Assembly (NCBI GenBank): GCA_001599295.1 | Contig: BCGN01000004.1 | Coordinates: forward strand, 252,138-316,137 | Source: Sporopachydermia quercuum | Taxonomy: Eukaryota | Length of the DNA stretch: 64,000 bases | Direction of reading: 5' to 3' | Part shown: piece by piece, positions 1 through 12,622 of the stretch | Layout of the letters: each line of letters starts with the position of its first letter | Position numbering within the stretch: the stretch's first letter is position 1 | Notes under the pieces: model-generated | What the model saw: the letters and a program-made list of their open reading frames with translations, nothing else | Database searches by the model: none | Told to the model about the DNA's origin: nothing | Position numbers and translations under genes: made by a program

Positions 1-170
1 GTCATGATCATAACTTCCGCTCTATCCTGTATCATCTTCGCTATTCTCTTCGAACTATAAATTAAACGCTAACTTCGTGCTAAATCCAGTCTTACTTCCC
101 AATAAAATAAAAAAATATAACGCCACATTTACACCTTTCCTATTTAAGTAGTAATAAACCCAATCTGGCC

Positions 171-194
171 CAGCCACAGCCACAGCCACAGCCA
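171..194. repeat. (CAGCCA)4 microsatellite just downstream of the LAS17 stop
   Basis: Four perfect CAGCCA units read directly. Confidence 0.9.
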
Positions 195-197
195 CAA

Positions 198-2264
198 TCA
201 CCAGTCTTCTCCATCATCTTCGTCATCACTCTGAGCCACTTTGCTCTTTCGGGTACTTAAAGCCGCCGCTAATGCGTCGGCTAATGATGCTGGCTGGCCC
301 GGTGGTGCAGCACCTCCGCCACCAGAACTGGAAGGTGGTGGTGGCGCTTCGCCTTTGGCTTCTTGTAGTAGTACAGAAGGTTTATCTAGTGCAGATTTGT
401 CGACTTTTTTCAACGATCCAAGACCGGAATTTCTAATTTGCGCCAGAAGGGCGTCTCGGTCGTTTCCTACTTGTGGTAAAAAAGGTGCAGCAGAAGGAGG
501 GCCTTGTGAACCACCCATTAGCGGTGCAGGTGGAGCCGGAGGTGGGACAGAGCCCATTGGAGGAGCTGGAGGGGCTGGCGGGGCAGGAGGTGGGGCAGCA
601 TTCATAGAAGGCATTGGTGGCGCAGGTGGGGGTGCGCTTGTTTGTGGAGGTAGCTGTGGAGGTAGCTGTGGTGGGGCAGGAGGCACAAATCCAGACATTT
701 GAGGCGCAACAGGCGTCGGCGCTGCCATTGTTTGTGTCCTTGGTGGCATTGGCGGCATCTGAGGCGCCGGCGGCACCATTTGTGGCGAAGTCGGAACAGT
801 CCCATATCCCCTAGAAGGTGGGGGTGGCGGCACAGCACTGGCTTGGCCACCTAATCTAGAAGGTGGCGGCAGCGGTGGCTGAGAATTCCTAGCTGGCGGA
901 GGTGGCGGTGGCACACTGCTTCTACTGGGAACAGCAGGTACTGCGCCTCTTTGAGGTGGCAAAGGTGGCGGCATTGCCACACTAGTTCTTTGTGGAGGAG
1001 GAGGAGGAGGCTGTCCAAACTGCGGGGTCGGTATTGGTGTCCGAGACGGCAAATTCGGCGGAGCAGGAACCGGCCGTGCGTTAGGGTTTGCAAAACTTGG
1101 CGGGGCCACAGGAGGCAAACTAGGGGAAAACACGGGAGCCTTTAAGATTTGGTGGGCCGAAGGTGGGGTTGGGCTGTTGGTTGGCGGAGTAGGACTAGCG
1201 CTAGAACTGGGGCTAGTAACATTAGTACTAGAAGAATTGAGTTGGGGAGGAGCAGAATATACCAGATTGGGTGCTGGGGCCGGCGGAGTAGGACTAGTGC
1301 TAGAAACGTTATCAGCGCTTGGAGAGTCCTTTCCTGGTAATTCTGGTGGCGGGGCAGACATAGTAGGGATGTGTAACGTCGGCATTGGTGGGGGCGGTGG
1401 AGGTGCACTCAAATTATCACCAGAACCGGAAACGCTGCCTGAAACCGGAGGTGGGGGTGGGGGAGGTAGCTTTTTGCGGTGCTCGGTTTCCCCTTCAGAT
1501 GTCACAGAGAGTGAACTAGCATGGCCATTGATATTAGAACCGATTTTGCCGTTTTCAGTAATTAGCCCGCTATCTGCCTTGCTCTGCATTTGGTACTTTC
1601 TCGGAATAGGTGGCTCAAGCCCCACTAGAGGCCCACCTTGCTGCCGGATATAATCCTTAATAAAGTCCCGATTCTTGGCTATCATGTCTTCCGAGATTCC
1701 GGCCGCTTCCAGCTCTTTGTACAGCGCACGCCACTCGATCGGTGGCTCATTGTCGTAATATATCGGCTGAATGTTCATCCGCTTCCGAAATGCGGTGGGG
1801 TCCCCTCTTGGACCCGGCGCCTCCTGCGCTTTTGGCGTTTTCTTCATGGCTATTGCGTTCTTATTCTGTAGGGTGGCTTTGCTAGCATACTTCTCTTTAT
1901 TATGGACCCGTTTTAGGAAATGCTGCGCCTCACTGTCATCTTCAAAAAGAAAACCTGCATAACACTCCTCAATTTCAAAAGAATGGAAGAACTTCCGGTC
2001 TTGATTGTACTCAAAATCAACGTATAGCTCTTGATCCCAGATTACCCCTCTATAGCCAATGATATCCACAAGCTTAAAGAAGAAGGTACTTCCGACGAGA
2101 TCATTGACGAGCGCTACTGCGCCGCACAAGCCGGTGTATGTCCATTCTGAAGTGTCTGGATATGCAATATAGAGCCGAGCCGCTGTGGCGTCGATGATTT
2201 TGTTTGTAGATTTTGGGATTGCTCGTTTGATTTTCTCCTTTTCAGCTTGAGAAAGAATAGCCAT
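198..2264 (-). CDS. LAS17: WASP-family actin nucleation-promoting factor
   Basis: N-terminal WH1 domain (KIKRAIPK...IIDATAARLY...WDQELY), long polyproline region, WH2 (RDALLAQIR...LKKVDK), acidic tail ending DDGEDW. Confidence 0.95.
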   Translation of the reverse strand: MAILSQAEKEKIKRAIPKSTNKIIDATAARLYIAYPDTSEWTYTGLCGAVALVNDLVGSTFFFKLVDIIGYRGVIWDQELYVDFEYNQDRKFFHSFEIEECYAGFLFEDDSEAQHFLKRVHNKEKYASKATLQNKNAIAMKKTPKAQEAPGPRGDPTAFRKRMNIQPIYYDNEPPIEWRALYKELEAAGISEDMIAKNRDFIKDYIRQQGGPLVGLEPPIPRKYQMQSKADSGLITENGKIGSNINGHASSLSVTSEGETEHRKKLPPPPPPPVSGSVSGSGDNLSAPPPPPPMPTLHIPTMSAPPPELPGKDSPSADNVSSTSPTPPAPAPNLVYSAPPQLNSSSTNVTSPSSSASPTPPTNSPTPPSAHQILKAPVFSPSLPPVAPPSFANPNARPVPAPPNLPSRTPIPTPQFGQPPPPPPQRTSVAMPPPLPPQRGAVPAVPSRSSVPPPPPPARNSQPPLPPPSRLGGQASAVPPPPPSRGYGTVPTSPQMVPPAPQMPPMPPRTQTMAAPTPVAPQMSGFVPPAPPQLPPQLPPQTSAPPPAPPMPSMNAAPPPAPPAPPAPPMGSVPPPAPPAPLMGGSQGPPSAAPFLPQVGNDRDALLAQIRNSGLGSLKKVDKSALDKPSVLLQEAKGEAPPPPSSSGGGGAAPPGQPASLADALAAALSTRKSKVAQSDDEDDGEDW

Positions 2265-2984
2265 TGTTACTAAAAGTGCAAATGGTTGGAGATGAGATTA
2301 AGCCACAATTGAAGTTTGAAAACCGAATGCAAAAACGTCGGATATATTGTGGCGCTGTTTGAACCGTATACAGTAAAGAGCCTCCGATCAGTGAATGTAT
2401 GGTGATGGGTATGTGGATCTGAGGTGCCAATATAAATGGTTACAGCTAGCGATTAAATACCTAAAGAGTTCAACATCCACAAAGAAAAAATAGTTGCACC
2501 TTAAATTTCAGCTTGACTTCCTAATTTTTTAGTTCTATTCCGATAGTCTCAGCTTATTAGTTGAAGTGCATACTATATATAAGCAGACAACTCCAAGCGG
2601 TTAATCTGGCAATTGATTTGGTTTGTTTTGCATTTGTTCCTGTAAGTGTGTGTATAATAAAACAGGAAAAGAGATCTCGCGCACACCCCTTTGATTTTTT
2701 CAAGGGATCGTACGGTTTGTGTGGCTGTGGTTCAGAAAAACTCCGGGTAACATTGTGCTTAGGAAGAAACTTTAAATACCACACATAGTTTTTTGTGGTT
2801 TGTGTTGTTGTAATGATGAGTTAAAGCTAAAAGATAATCTCAGTGAAATATAAAAAATAATCGATGCATACTTGACCAAGCAGACGGTTCGTTTGCAAGG
2901 GTGATTCGGAAGCGGGACAGAAGAAAACATTGCTATTTTCAATACATTTTTGCCGAATAAGAATTTACTGGAAATAATACAAAA

Positions 2985-4088
<1,104 letters not shown>

Positions 4089-4249
4089 ATAGTCACAATC
4101 TAATCACTATTTTTTCAACTCTCTATTCCTAACATGTTTAATACATTCAGTTCTTTTTTACATCTCCATGATTATTCATCCAATTGTTTGAATGTAATTG
4201 ATAGATTAGACAAACCAGCAAAGCGAGCAGAATAAAGCTGACTCAAGAG

Positions 4250-4700
4250 TTGATTGATGTTCACGCGCCAACATTTTTATATGGTCATGTAGATCTTTCC
4301 GATTGAAAATTCGGAAGCTGATGAATGTAGTACTCGATGAAGTAGTTGATGACCGCTAATTTGATAGTAATGGATGAGAGAAATGCCTATAATTATTATA
4401 TTCACTACAGTTGTGTTACTAGGAACAACCAAGAGAAAATCGGGAACGAAGCGGAATAGAAGTAATTAACTATAGATGAGTCCGACCCGAGCTGATCGAG
4501 CTTAGATGTAATTCCCCTTTTTATAACCTGAAGTTTTGACCTAGCTTAGTAGTTTTGGCAGCCGATTATTATGCCTCCAAGTTCCGAAAAATGTTCCAAT
4601 AGATTCTGAGTGTATTTCGGATATCAATTTCAATCTCGCTGTCTTATTTTACCCGTTCCGAGTTCCGAGATTCTCACTTCATGAGAAATACTTCATTAGT
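4250..4700 (-). mobile_element. Short decayed Ty1/copia RT-end/RNase H relic
   Basis: Frameshifted minus-strand fragments in order: TR..DI, AAK, G-SDSS (cf. GYSDSD), FSLGCS, SSTTS-EY (cf. LSSTEAEY). Confidence 0.4.
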
Positions 4701-5278
4701 AAGCTCCATTTGCATTAGCGAGCTTATTTGAACAGTTGCTGGAAGAAAGGAAGCCTTTGAAATGTACCGTTTTTACTTGCTCCGCTATCTCTTCCGTTAT
4801 TTATTCAGAATTACTCAGCTCGTTCTGGTCTAAAGTAATGTGATAAACGTCTCATTACCCATAACTGTCCAATTACTCATCCTACTAAACCTACATCCCC
4901 TAAGCCCCCATTCATTACGTTTGTCTCTCCTATTCAACTATCGATAAAACGACAATAAAAGCCAGCTTTCTCGCCTTTAGTAAACTATATACATACAAAA
5001 ACCACCATTTGACCAACGAGCAGTCTACTAATTAGACTCATTTGATCTTTCTTTCTTCCCATTGCTCGTTCTCTTCTAACACTCCACTCTACTACAATCC
5101 AGAGGGGCTTCTCTCGAGACTCATTATCAATATTCACAAGCATTAATTTTAGGTACAAAGAAGAACTGGTGCATGCATTGAATTGTATTCCTTACACATT
5201 AGCAGCAAAGAATTACAAATAAGACAAACCATTGGACTATAAAGAAATCGCAAAGAAACTGGCTTATTAGAACCAAAA

Positions 5279-6787
5279 ATGTCCTATCCTGGAAGAATAA
5301 CTCAAACTTATGGTGGTGTAAATGCTGATGAATCATATAGAAAGCATGTACCTCCACCACCAAAGGCTGATTTGAATGTAGCTTATGCCCCAGGACCTCA
5401 AGGATATCCCACGCAAGGATATCCTCCACAAGGATATCACCCACAGGGCTATCCTCAAGGGTACCCGCAAGGCTATTCCCAGGGATATTCCCAAGGCTAT
5501 CCTCAAGGTTATCCTCAACCACAAGCACCTCCAAGGCCTCAAGGATACTCTCATAACTATTCCCAGCTACCAACTCAACCTCAGCAATATTCACCGCCTC
5601 CTCCTCCAGTTAGCACAAAACCAACATCATCTGCTCCGCATCCGAACTTCAACTCCCGTCCGGACCTGAATTCCTCCTATTCTTCCGAAAAACCCCCCGC
5701 TTATGATTTTGTGGCCAATCCTTCCCAGCAACAAAAAAGCTCCGTCTCCGGAATGCCCCCCTACACGTCTTCCTCATCCAGTAGCTCCAATATCACGTCT
5801 CCTCCCCAAGGTAGCTTCGCGGCACCTTCCACAACCCCCCAACAATTCATGCCAGGGCAGAATTTCACATATCAGTATTCTAACTGTTCTGGTAGAAGGA
5901 AAGCGCTTTTAATTGGGATCAATTATTATGGATCAAAAAATCAATTAAAAGGATGTATCAATGATGTCAAAAATGTATCAACGTTCTTATTAAACCGTGG
6001 ATATACATATGAAAACATGGTGTTTCTTACTGATGATCAGACAGATCCAAGAAAGATTCCCACAAAGCAAAATATCATCAATGCTATGGAGTGGCTAGTC
6101 AGAGGGGCTCAACCAAACGATTCATTAGTATTTCATTATTCAGGGCATGGCGGGCAAGTGAAAGATGTAAGTGGTGATGAAGATGATGGATATGATGAAT
6201 GTATTTATCCCATTGACTTCCAACAAGCGGGAGAGATAATTGATGATGATATGCATAGCATAATGGTACGACCATTACTTCCAGGAGTCCGATTGACTGC
6301 ATTATTTGATTCTTGCCATTCAGGCACCTCTCTTGATTTACCCTACGTTTATTCTACCAAAGGTGTCATCAAGGAGCCAAATATTCTTAAAGATGCTGGT
6401 GGAGGTTTACTTAGCGTAGCAACTTCTTATGCTGGTGGAGATATTTTTGGTATGGTGAAATCAGCCAGTTCTGTAGCAAGAAGTGTTATGAACGGAGGAA
6501 AAAGCAAACAAATAGACGCTCGGAATAAACAATTAATGGCGTCACCTGCTGATGTTATTCACTTTTCAGGATGTAAAGATTCTCAAACGTCTGCTGATTC
6601 CGTTGAAAACGGATACGCCACAGGAGCCATGAGTTACGCATTTATTAAAGTGATAACAGAGAATCCTGAACAGAGTTATTTGACTTTATTACAGAACATG
6701 CGAGCTGTATTGAAAAGTAAATATTCCCAGAAACCTCAAATGAGTGCATCTCATCCTATTGATCTGAATCTGAAGTTTGTAATCTAG
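5279..6787 (+). CDS. MCA1: Metacaspase-1
   Basis: RRKALLIGINY, catalytic FHYSGHG and LFDSCHSG motifs; Q/P/Y-rich N-terminus. Confidence 0.97.
   Translation: MSYPGRITQTYGGVNADESYRKHVPPPPKADLNVAYAPGPQGYPTQGYPPQGYHPQGYPQGYPQGYSQGYSQGYPQGYPQPQAPPRPQGYSHNYSQLPTQPQQYSPPPPPVSTKPTSSAPHPNFNSRPDLNSSYSSEKPPAYDFVANPSQQQKSSVSGMPPYTSSSSSSSNITSPPQGSFAAPSTTPQQFMPGQNFTYQYSNCSGRRKALLIGINYYGSKNQLKGCINDVKNVSTFLLNRGYTYENMVFLTDDQTDPRKIPTKQNIINAMEWLVRGAQPNDSLVFHYSGHGGQVKDVSGDEDDGYDECIYPIDFQQAGEIIDDDMHSIMVRPLLPGVRLTALFDSCHSGTSLDLPYVYSTKGVIKEPNILKDAGGGLLSVATSYAGGDIFGMVKSASSVARSVMNGGKSKQIDARNKQLMASPADVIHFSGCKDSQTSADSVENGYATGAMSYAFIKVITENPEQSYLTLLQNMRAVLKSKYSQKPQMSASHPIDLNLKFVI
5396..5520 (+). repeat. (PQGY)n coding repeat in the Mca1 prodomain
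   Basis: About nine P/S/T-QGY units with synonymous variation. Confidence 0.85.
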
Positions 6788-7379
6788 TTTGATGAAGAAT
6801 TACTGGAGATGGTGATATGAAACTTGTTCTAAGCAATTGAATGTTAGAATCGTGTATTTTGAGGTACCAAGGCTGAACTATGAACTCTGAGCTATAAAGT
6901 GTTCTAGTATATGGTGATTAGTATTATTGGGTTAGAGAAGATACTCCATATTGTATTTTGAATGTTGTATGTTGTATGTATTAATTGAATATTATCAAGG
7001 TACATAGTTAAATAAATATACACTTGTATATGATTATAAGGATTTGAAAATGAATAGTATGGGAAATACAGTCATAGGGTCAAAAATTATCCTTAACCCA
7101 GGGATGATAGAATAAAATGGGTACCAAAACAGAGTCATGGGGTTAGTAGTATTATTTCCGATATTATTGCAATTATGGAAACCATCGTTTCTCTTATGTA
7201 TACTAATAAATGCAGTATCATTGATAATAAGACTATTAGTACTATATCAAGTAAATATAGATAAATGATTAGAAATAGTATAATGATGAGATATTGGAAT
7301 TAAAGGTTATTACCATTTATTATACAGTATTTTTCATACGAATAGATGCAGTTATACGTCATTTAACAAGGATAGAACA

Positions 7380-8330
7380 GTAGGCAATAATTCATTATCG
7401 TTCCCCCAATTTAACCTATCTTCAGAATATCCCAATAAGGTTTGAAAATATATAGAATACTGCATATGCTATGCATATGACTTGTATCAAATGATCCATT
7501 AAAATCTCTCATTGATAAGCATTAATCATCCAGGAACAACAAATGCACAAGTGGAATATTGGGCAATAAATTCATTTCCTTAATGAAAAAATAAAACAAA
7601 ATTTATATTGGTTTTGATGGATGTCTAAGCTTAACAAGCTGTACAGGCAATGCATAAAAATGCAAAATTATGCACTATCGAACCTAAATTTGAAGCATCA
7701 AAGGTTTACTTCTAATCCGTTGACTATAAGACTATTTCTCCATTGAAAACGTATACTATATGCGTTTATTATTCATGTAATATAATATAGTATATTATGA
7801 TATGTGTATCACCACTATGAAGTATGTATGTAAAGAAATATGGACTGTATGACGAGAGTAACGTAGTCTTGCTTGTAGTATATGATTAATGTATTAGTCG
7901 TTAATAGAGCCTAATTCGGTAAAAAAAAATGTTGAAGTATTTCGGAGCGGGAATTTTCCTATTTTGAATTTTACCCGACTTCGGGTGAAAGCCCATCGTT
8001 CAATAGTTGATTTTTCCGAAATAAGAGGAACCATGAAAGGTAAGGAACTTAATTTAAACAAGATTGATCTAGTGGAGAAAAATTACAGATTGGGTAATCA
8101 TTGTAGAACAATTTTGGGGAAAGAATGTGTTTCGAAAACGAAATAGTGATACCAGATTAGGTGAAAGGGTGTGAATATTGTTTTGGGTAACTTGATTACC
8201 AGTTAGAGAATACACAAGCGTAATACTTGGAAAGACTTCACTTGAACTCCTATTTGATCCGAAATATAACCAATTAGAGCAAGAGGTGTACCCAAAAATC
8301 CTTTTAAACATTACCGAAATAGAAACTTTC
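7380..8330 (+). mobile_element. Decayed Ty1/copia integrase relic
   Basis: Ordered fragments: MHK..LG (cf. WHxRLGH), FRSGN..FT (~7940, cf. RSDNGxEF), CRTILGK (~8102, cf. NRTILEK), GKTSLELLF (~8229, cf. GKTPFELLFG). Confidence 0.6.
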
Positions 8331-8424
8331 ATCTTATAATCAGCTAATTTCCGATCTCGGCTGAACTTTTGGTTCCATCTTTTCCGCTATCGAGTATCAG
8401 CTATCCGCTATCCGACCCCCTCAT

Positions 8425-10671
8425 TCAACTTCTTAAACCTAATCCATTCACCCCATTCACCCCACTGGTCCCACTAGCCCCTCTCCAAACTCCCATCCCG
8501 CCACTAGTAATAAATGGATGCATTAACGCTTGATGTGGGGTAATCCGCTCCAAAGGGTTCAAATTCAAACATTGCCTTATTAAATCATATAATTGCGTCT
8601 TCATTTCTTCCGTTCCAGTGCTTCCGCTCATAATAATATCATGCAAGTTTTTGCTGTTGAAATACTGTTTATTTGGTTTCTCTTCCGTTCCGAACTCTTC
8701 ATTATATTCTTCCCGAGTTTTCAGTCGGTAGGCCTTCTTCCCTGAAACTACCCCACTTCCACTTCCGCTTCCGCTTCCTGTCTTGAAAAATTGACTGGTA
8801 TTCTTACCCAAATCAATCATCCAACCCGGTGGGTACCCTACCATCTCTACTATCCGAACCATCTGATTGTATTCACTCCACCCGGGAAATAACGGCAACC
8901 CCAAATACAACTCCGCCAATATACATCCAAACGACCAGATATCAATAGCGCAAGAATAATGAAGCCCCATAATTACTTCCGGAGACCGATAGAACCGGGA
9001 CTGAATATACGTGTAAACGGTTTGCTGTTCATGACAAGCCGAGCCGAAGTCTATAACTTTAATTTCTACCGAATCGAACCGTTTAATTAAAATGTTTTCC
9101 GGTTTTAAGTCGCAATGAATGATTTTCCATTCTTTTAATACTTTTAACGATTCCAGCAATTGTTCCGAAATCACCCGGGTTATCCCGATATCCAAACCCT
9201 TAAATTCCGTTTGCTCAATTAGCTCAAATAGGTTATTCCCCAACAATTCAAAAACAAGGCATAAATGCTCTTTATGGAGAAAACGGTCTAATAGCCGGAG
9301 GAAATGATAGTTATCGTTTGGGTCAACTTTACCGTTTAAATGTTCTAAAATGGATACTTCCATTAAGGATTGGTTCAAATAAGCGGTCATTGCTTTAATA
9401 ACTTTAATCGCCACTAGCCCACCCGATTTCAGGTCCTGGCATTTAACTACCTGGCCGAAGGTTCCGTGGCCCAAAAGGTCTAGAACCAGATACTTACGGT
9501 TTTCCTGGGCTCCGAGGATGTCATTAACATAAAGGATATAATCTGAGTTTTCGTTATCGGCTCCGTTATTGAATTTGCCGACATGCGGGTTAGTTAGGAC
9601 ACGTTTTGGATTCTTAGCCGAGTTGTAGGTGAAATTCGGGTTACAAAGGTTGTAAGTCAGGGACACCTGAACCGAGAGGGCTTGAAGCGGGGAAATGAAG
9701 CCTCCTTCAGGTAGGATTCGTCTATTTTTGGCGGGGTGGTTCCTAATTGGAGCCAGGCCAATTCCAGAGACGATTTTGTTCATGGTGGGGGCAGGAATTT
9801 TGTTCATGGGCAAGGAATAAGCCGAGTTCTGACGGTTTTTTGCAGAAAAGGGTAACTGGCCGAGCGTGTTTCTTCTTTGGGAGGAGAAATGATAGTTTTC
9901 GGATCCTCCCGAGGATAAAATTTGGTTTTGGAGGTTGTGTGGCGGAGCGGGGGCTCTGGGAGGGATAAATCGGGATTGGTTCTGAGTGGGCATCGTGGCT
10001 GACGACGAAGTGGCTGAAGCTGAAGCCGAAACGGAAGTCGACACCGAGGAAGAAGCAGTCGAGGCAGCAGAAACTGTGGCTGGAGTTGTAGAAAGCGGGT
10101 CATTTGGGTCCTGTAGCGTATTTTCAAGGTCAAATATTGTTTCGGGTAACTCGTAAGCCGTTGGGAGTGTTTTGAAGTTACTTCTTGGGGAAATCTGTGA
10201 GGCGTCGAGGCAAGAAGAAGAAGGGGAGTCAAAGCTATATCCCGATAAGGATTGTGGCTGACTCTGCTGCCTGTTTTGGGACAACGGAGGTAGAAATTGC
10301 TTGTTTGGGGCGGACGTCGGAGATAATGGTGGCTCAGACGGCGCCTGGGTTAATGAAAGATTCTGAAAGGACAAACTTGATGGAATATATGTGCTGGAGT
10401 TTAAGCCATTAGATAAACTTCCCGAACGGGTAGAAGTGGGGCTTAGCGAAAGCGAGGCTCCATTATTGCTATTACTGCTTGGGCTCCCCATTGCATATAA
10501 CGGAAACGACCGTTGTTGCGCAGGTAGTTGCCTAGCACTATTGCCAGGGCTATCAGTATTCCCCATATTCACAGGCGGCAGATGAGGGCCATGCGTCCGC
10601 TGGTTAGCTAAGCTTTCGTTAGCCTGCATTAAATACGGATTGCCGTAAACGGGTCGAGATTTCCGTTCCAT
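8425..10671 (-). CDS. YAK1: DYRK-family Ser/Thr kinase
   Basis: NPKRVLT..DNENSDYILYVND, LGHGTFGQV, HCDLKPEN, DFGSAC, YTYIQSRFYRSPE. Confidence 0.95.
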   Translation of the reverse strand: MERKSRPVYGNPYLMQANESLANQRTHGPHLPPVNMGNTDSPGNSARQLPAQQRSFPLYAMGSPSSNSNNGASLSLSPTSTRSGSLSNGLNSSTYIPSSLSFQNLSLTQAPSEPPLSPTSAPNKQFLPPLSQNRQQSQPQSLSGYSFDSPSSSCLDASQISPRSNFKTLPTAYELPETIFDLENTLQDPNDPLSTTPATVSAASTASSSVSTSVSASASATSSSATMPTQNQSRFIPPRAPAPPHNLQNQILSSGGSENYHFSSQRRNTLGQLPFSAKNRQNSAYSLPMNKIPAPTMNKIVSGIGLAPIRNHPAKNRRILPEGGFISPLQALSVQVSLTYNLCNPNFTYNSAKNPKRVLTNPHVGKFNNGADNENSDYILYVNDILGAQENRKYLVLDLLGHGTFGQVVKCQDLKSGGLVAIKVIKAMTAYLNQSLMEVSILEHLNGKVDPNDNYHFLRLLDRFLHKEHLCLVFELLGNNLFELIEQTEFKGLDIGITRVISEQLLESLKVLKEWKIIHCDLKPENILIKRFDSVEIKVIDFGSACHEQQTVYTYIQSRFYRSPEVIMGLHYSCAIDIWSFGCILAELYLGLPLFPGWSEYNQMVRIVEMVGYPPGWMIDLGKNTSQFFKTGSGSGSGSGVVSGKKAYRLKTREEYNEEFGTEEKPNKQYFNSKNLHDIIMSGSTGTEEMKTQLYDLIRQCLNLNPLERITPHQALMHPFITSGGMGVWRGASGTSGVNGVNGLGLRS

Positions 10672-11559
10672 TTTCGTCCCAGGTCCCAGAAGTAAGTGGG
10701 TTATTATAATACGTCCAAGTTACACTTGTGCAAGTTGCAAAATGATCAATTGAGCCACAGAAAAGCAGGTTTTCTTTTTAAGACAATTCAATTCCTAAAA
10801 TAGATGTCTCGCCGAGATTTAAAGCTCCGCTTATTCGTTTCCGCTTTCCTTCCGTCAGAATGAATCAATCCGCTTATCATCAGCTGTTTGTGTACTGGTT
10901 ATGCCTCTGTTATATGACGTACCAACAGTCACCTTGAAGGATGTAAGAATCGACTTGAAACCCAGGCGTTAACTTGGAAATTAGTTGGATATATATATAT
11001 GATATAATGGATGATAAATTGAATAAAAAATAATCTATTTACTTAGATTATTATGATGTTTCTTGATGGATTGTTGGTTACTCCGTGGGGTTTTTGGTGA
11101 AGTTATTTTGGCAATTGGGAAAACAGGAAAACCGGAGACGATGGAAAGGAGGCGGAGAAAATAATTGGGGGCTGACTGGAGATATGAGGGAAAACGGAAA
11201 ACATATTTGGAATGGAGTGAGATGTGATGTTTGGTTAATGAGGAGATATTGAGGAAAGAGCAGCTCTTCCTAGAACTTCTGTATTGATAAATTCAAAGTT
11301 AACTATAATTTGGAGAGGTTGGAATGTTATTTACTGATGTGAGGGTAACGAACTATGTTGAGTGGATTTCATGATAGTCTATGTGATGAGTTATGAAAGA
11401 ATTGAAGGTTATACAGTGGACATAATGGTTAGCGGAAAGGAAGGAATACAAAGCGTGAACTAAAGTAGTTAAATGAAAAAAAAAAGTAGAATGTATTTTT
11501 GGGTTCAATATCTAAATTTACGTCGGTTGAACTGGCTTTAGAGATATGCAATCAATTGC

Positions 11560-12000
11560 TGATTGATGCTTGATGCGTAGATATATTCATAGATATAATG
11601 TCGCATAGCTGTACGAGACTTAGATACTTCGGAGATTATAAGTAATATTTCATGATCATTTTCTCGGGACCTTTATATCATATGTTTTCCGATATTGGCT
11701 GTATCGATCAGATCATTTATAACGCCTTTCCGAGTATTCCATCAGTTTTCACTAATTTTTCTAGGATTTTATACCTGTATTTTGTTTAATAAAGCATACA
11801 AATACCAAATTAAAGTACTTTTTTCTCTCCACTCAAAAGTGTATCGAATAATCCTTAATACCAGAAGTTTCCATAACATACTATTTTTATATTATTTCCG
11901 CTATTTCCATATTGACATCACCTTATCGTTAATATCGGAAATAAAGATATTGCATCTCAACTCATTTTGCGTTATACTATCTTCTCCATTATAATTACCT
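11560..12000 (-). mobile_element. Decayed Ty1/copia integrase core relic
   Basis: Ordered fragments: FISDIND (cf. YFIxFIDD), FIKQNTGI, DGI-SERR..LIDTA (cf. NGVAERxNRTLxDxA), KVPRK*. Confidence 0.5.
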
Positions 12001-12622
12001 ATTTATCAATACTAAGCACTACAAATATATGTAAAATGCTCCTCGAAAGCTACCATTGGAATCAAAAGTACATATTAATATAAGGTAACTTATTATAGTC
12101 TCAAATGCTCGTATTTGACCCTTGAAACTGCCAAGCTCACCAATACTAAGTAAGCTACCGCCGTCTCCGCTTATCTAAGTTCTGATCTTCATATACCCCC
12201 TCTCATTTTCCTAAAGCCTCCGCTATATTTAACTCTGGAAATGATCCCTGTTTGTTTATTCCGATCTCAAAATAGCAATGCCCTTCTTGTTTTATTCCAC
12301 AAGGCGCTTGCTTAATAAGAACAGCTTTAACGAAGGAAAAAGTTCTGAAGATTAATGCGGATTGACAGTTATGAGCGGCTTTCGTTATTAGATGTTTATT
12401 TAACTGGAAAATCGTATCATTGTGTTGTGTCCGTTCTTATGGCATTAGTACTGCTGCATATGCACAATTGTCTAACTGCCTAGCGACGCTGAGAGAGAGC
12501 ATTCTTGCTATTAGTACTACTAGTACTGCTTGAATTGCTGGAATTGCTTAGTTATCGAATCACAGTGCCTAGGACAAAAGTTGCCTTTTAATACTATATT
12601 TTGCTAAGGTAATTACCTGAGA

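Noticed and set aside
241..1962. Gly/Arg-rich ORFs overlapping LAS17 (similar ones over YAK1, RGT1, KAR5)
   Set aside because: Shadow frames of proline-rich or GC-rich coding sequence.
4310..4430. Sm-like LMNVVLDEVVD peptide on the plus strand
   Set aside because: No open frame or exon structure; the opposite strand reads as copia RNase H.
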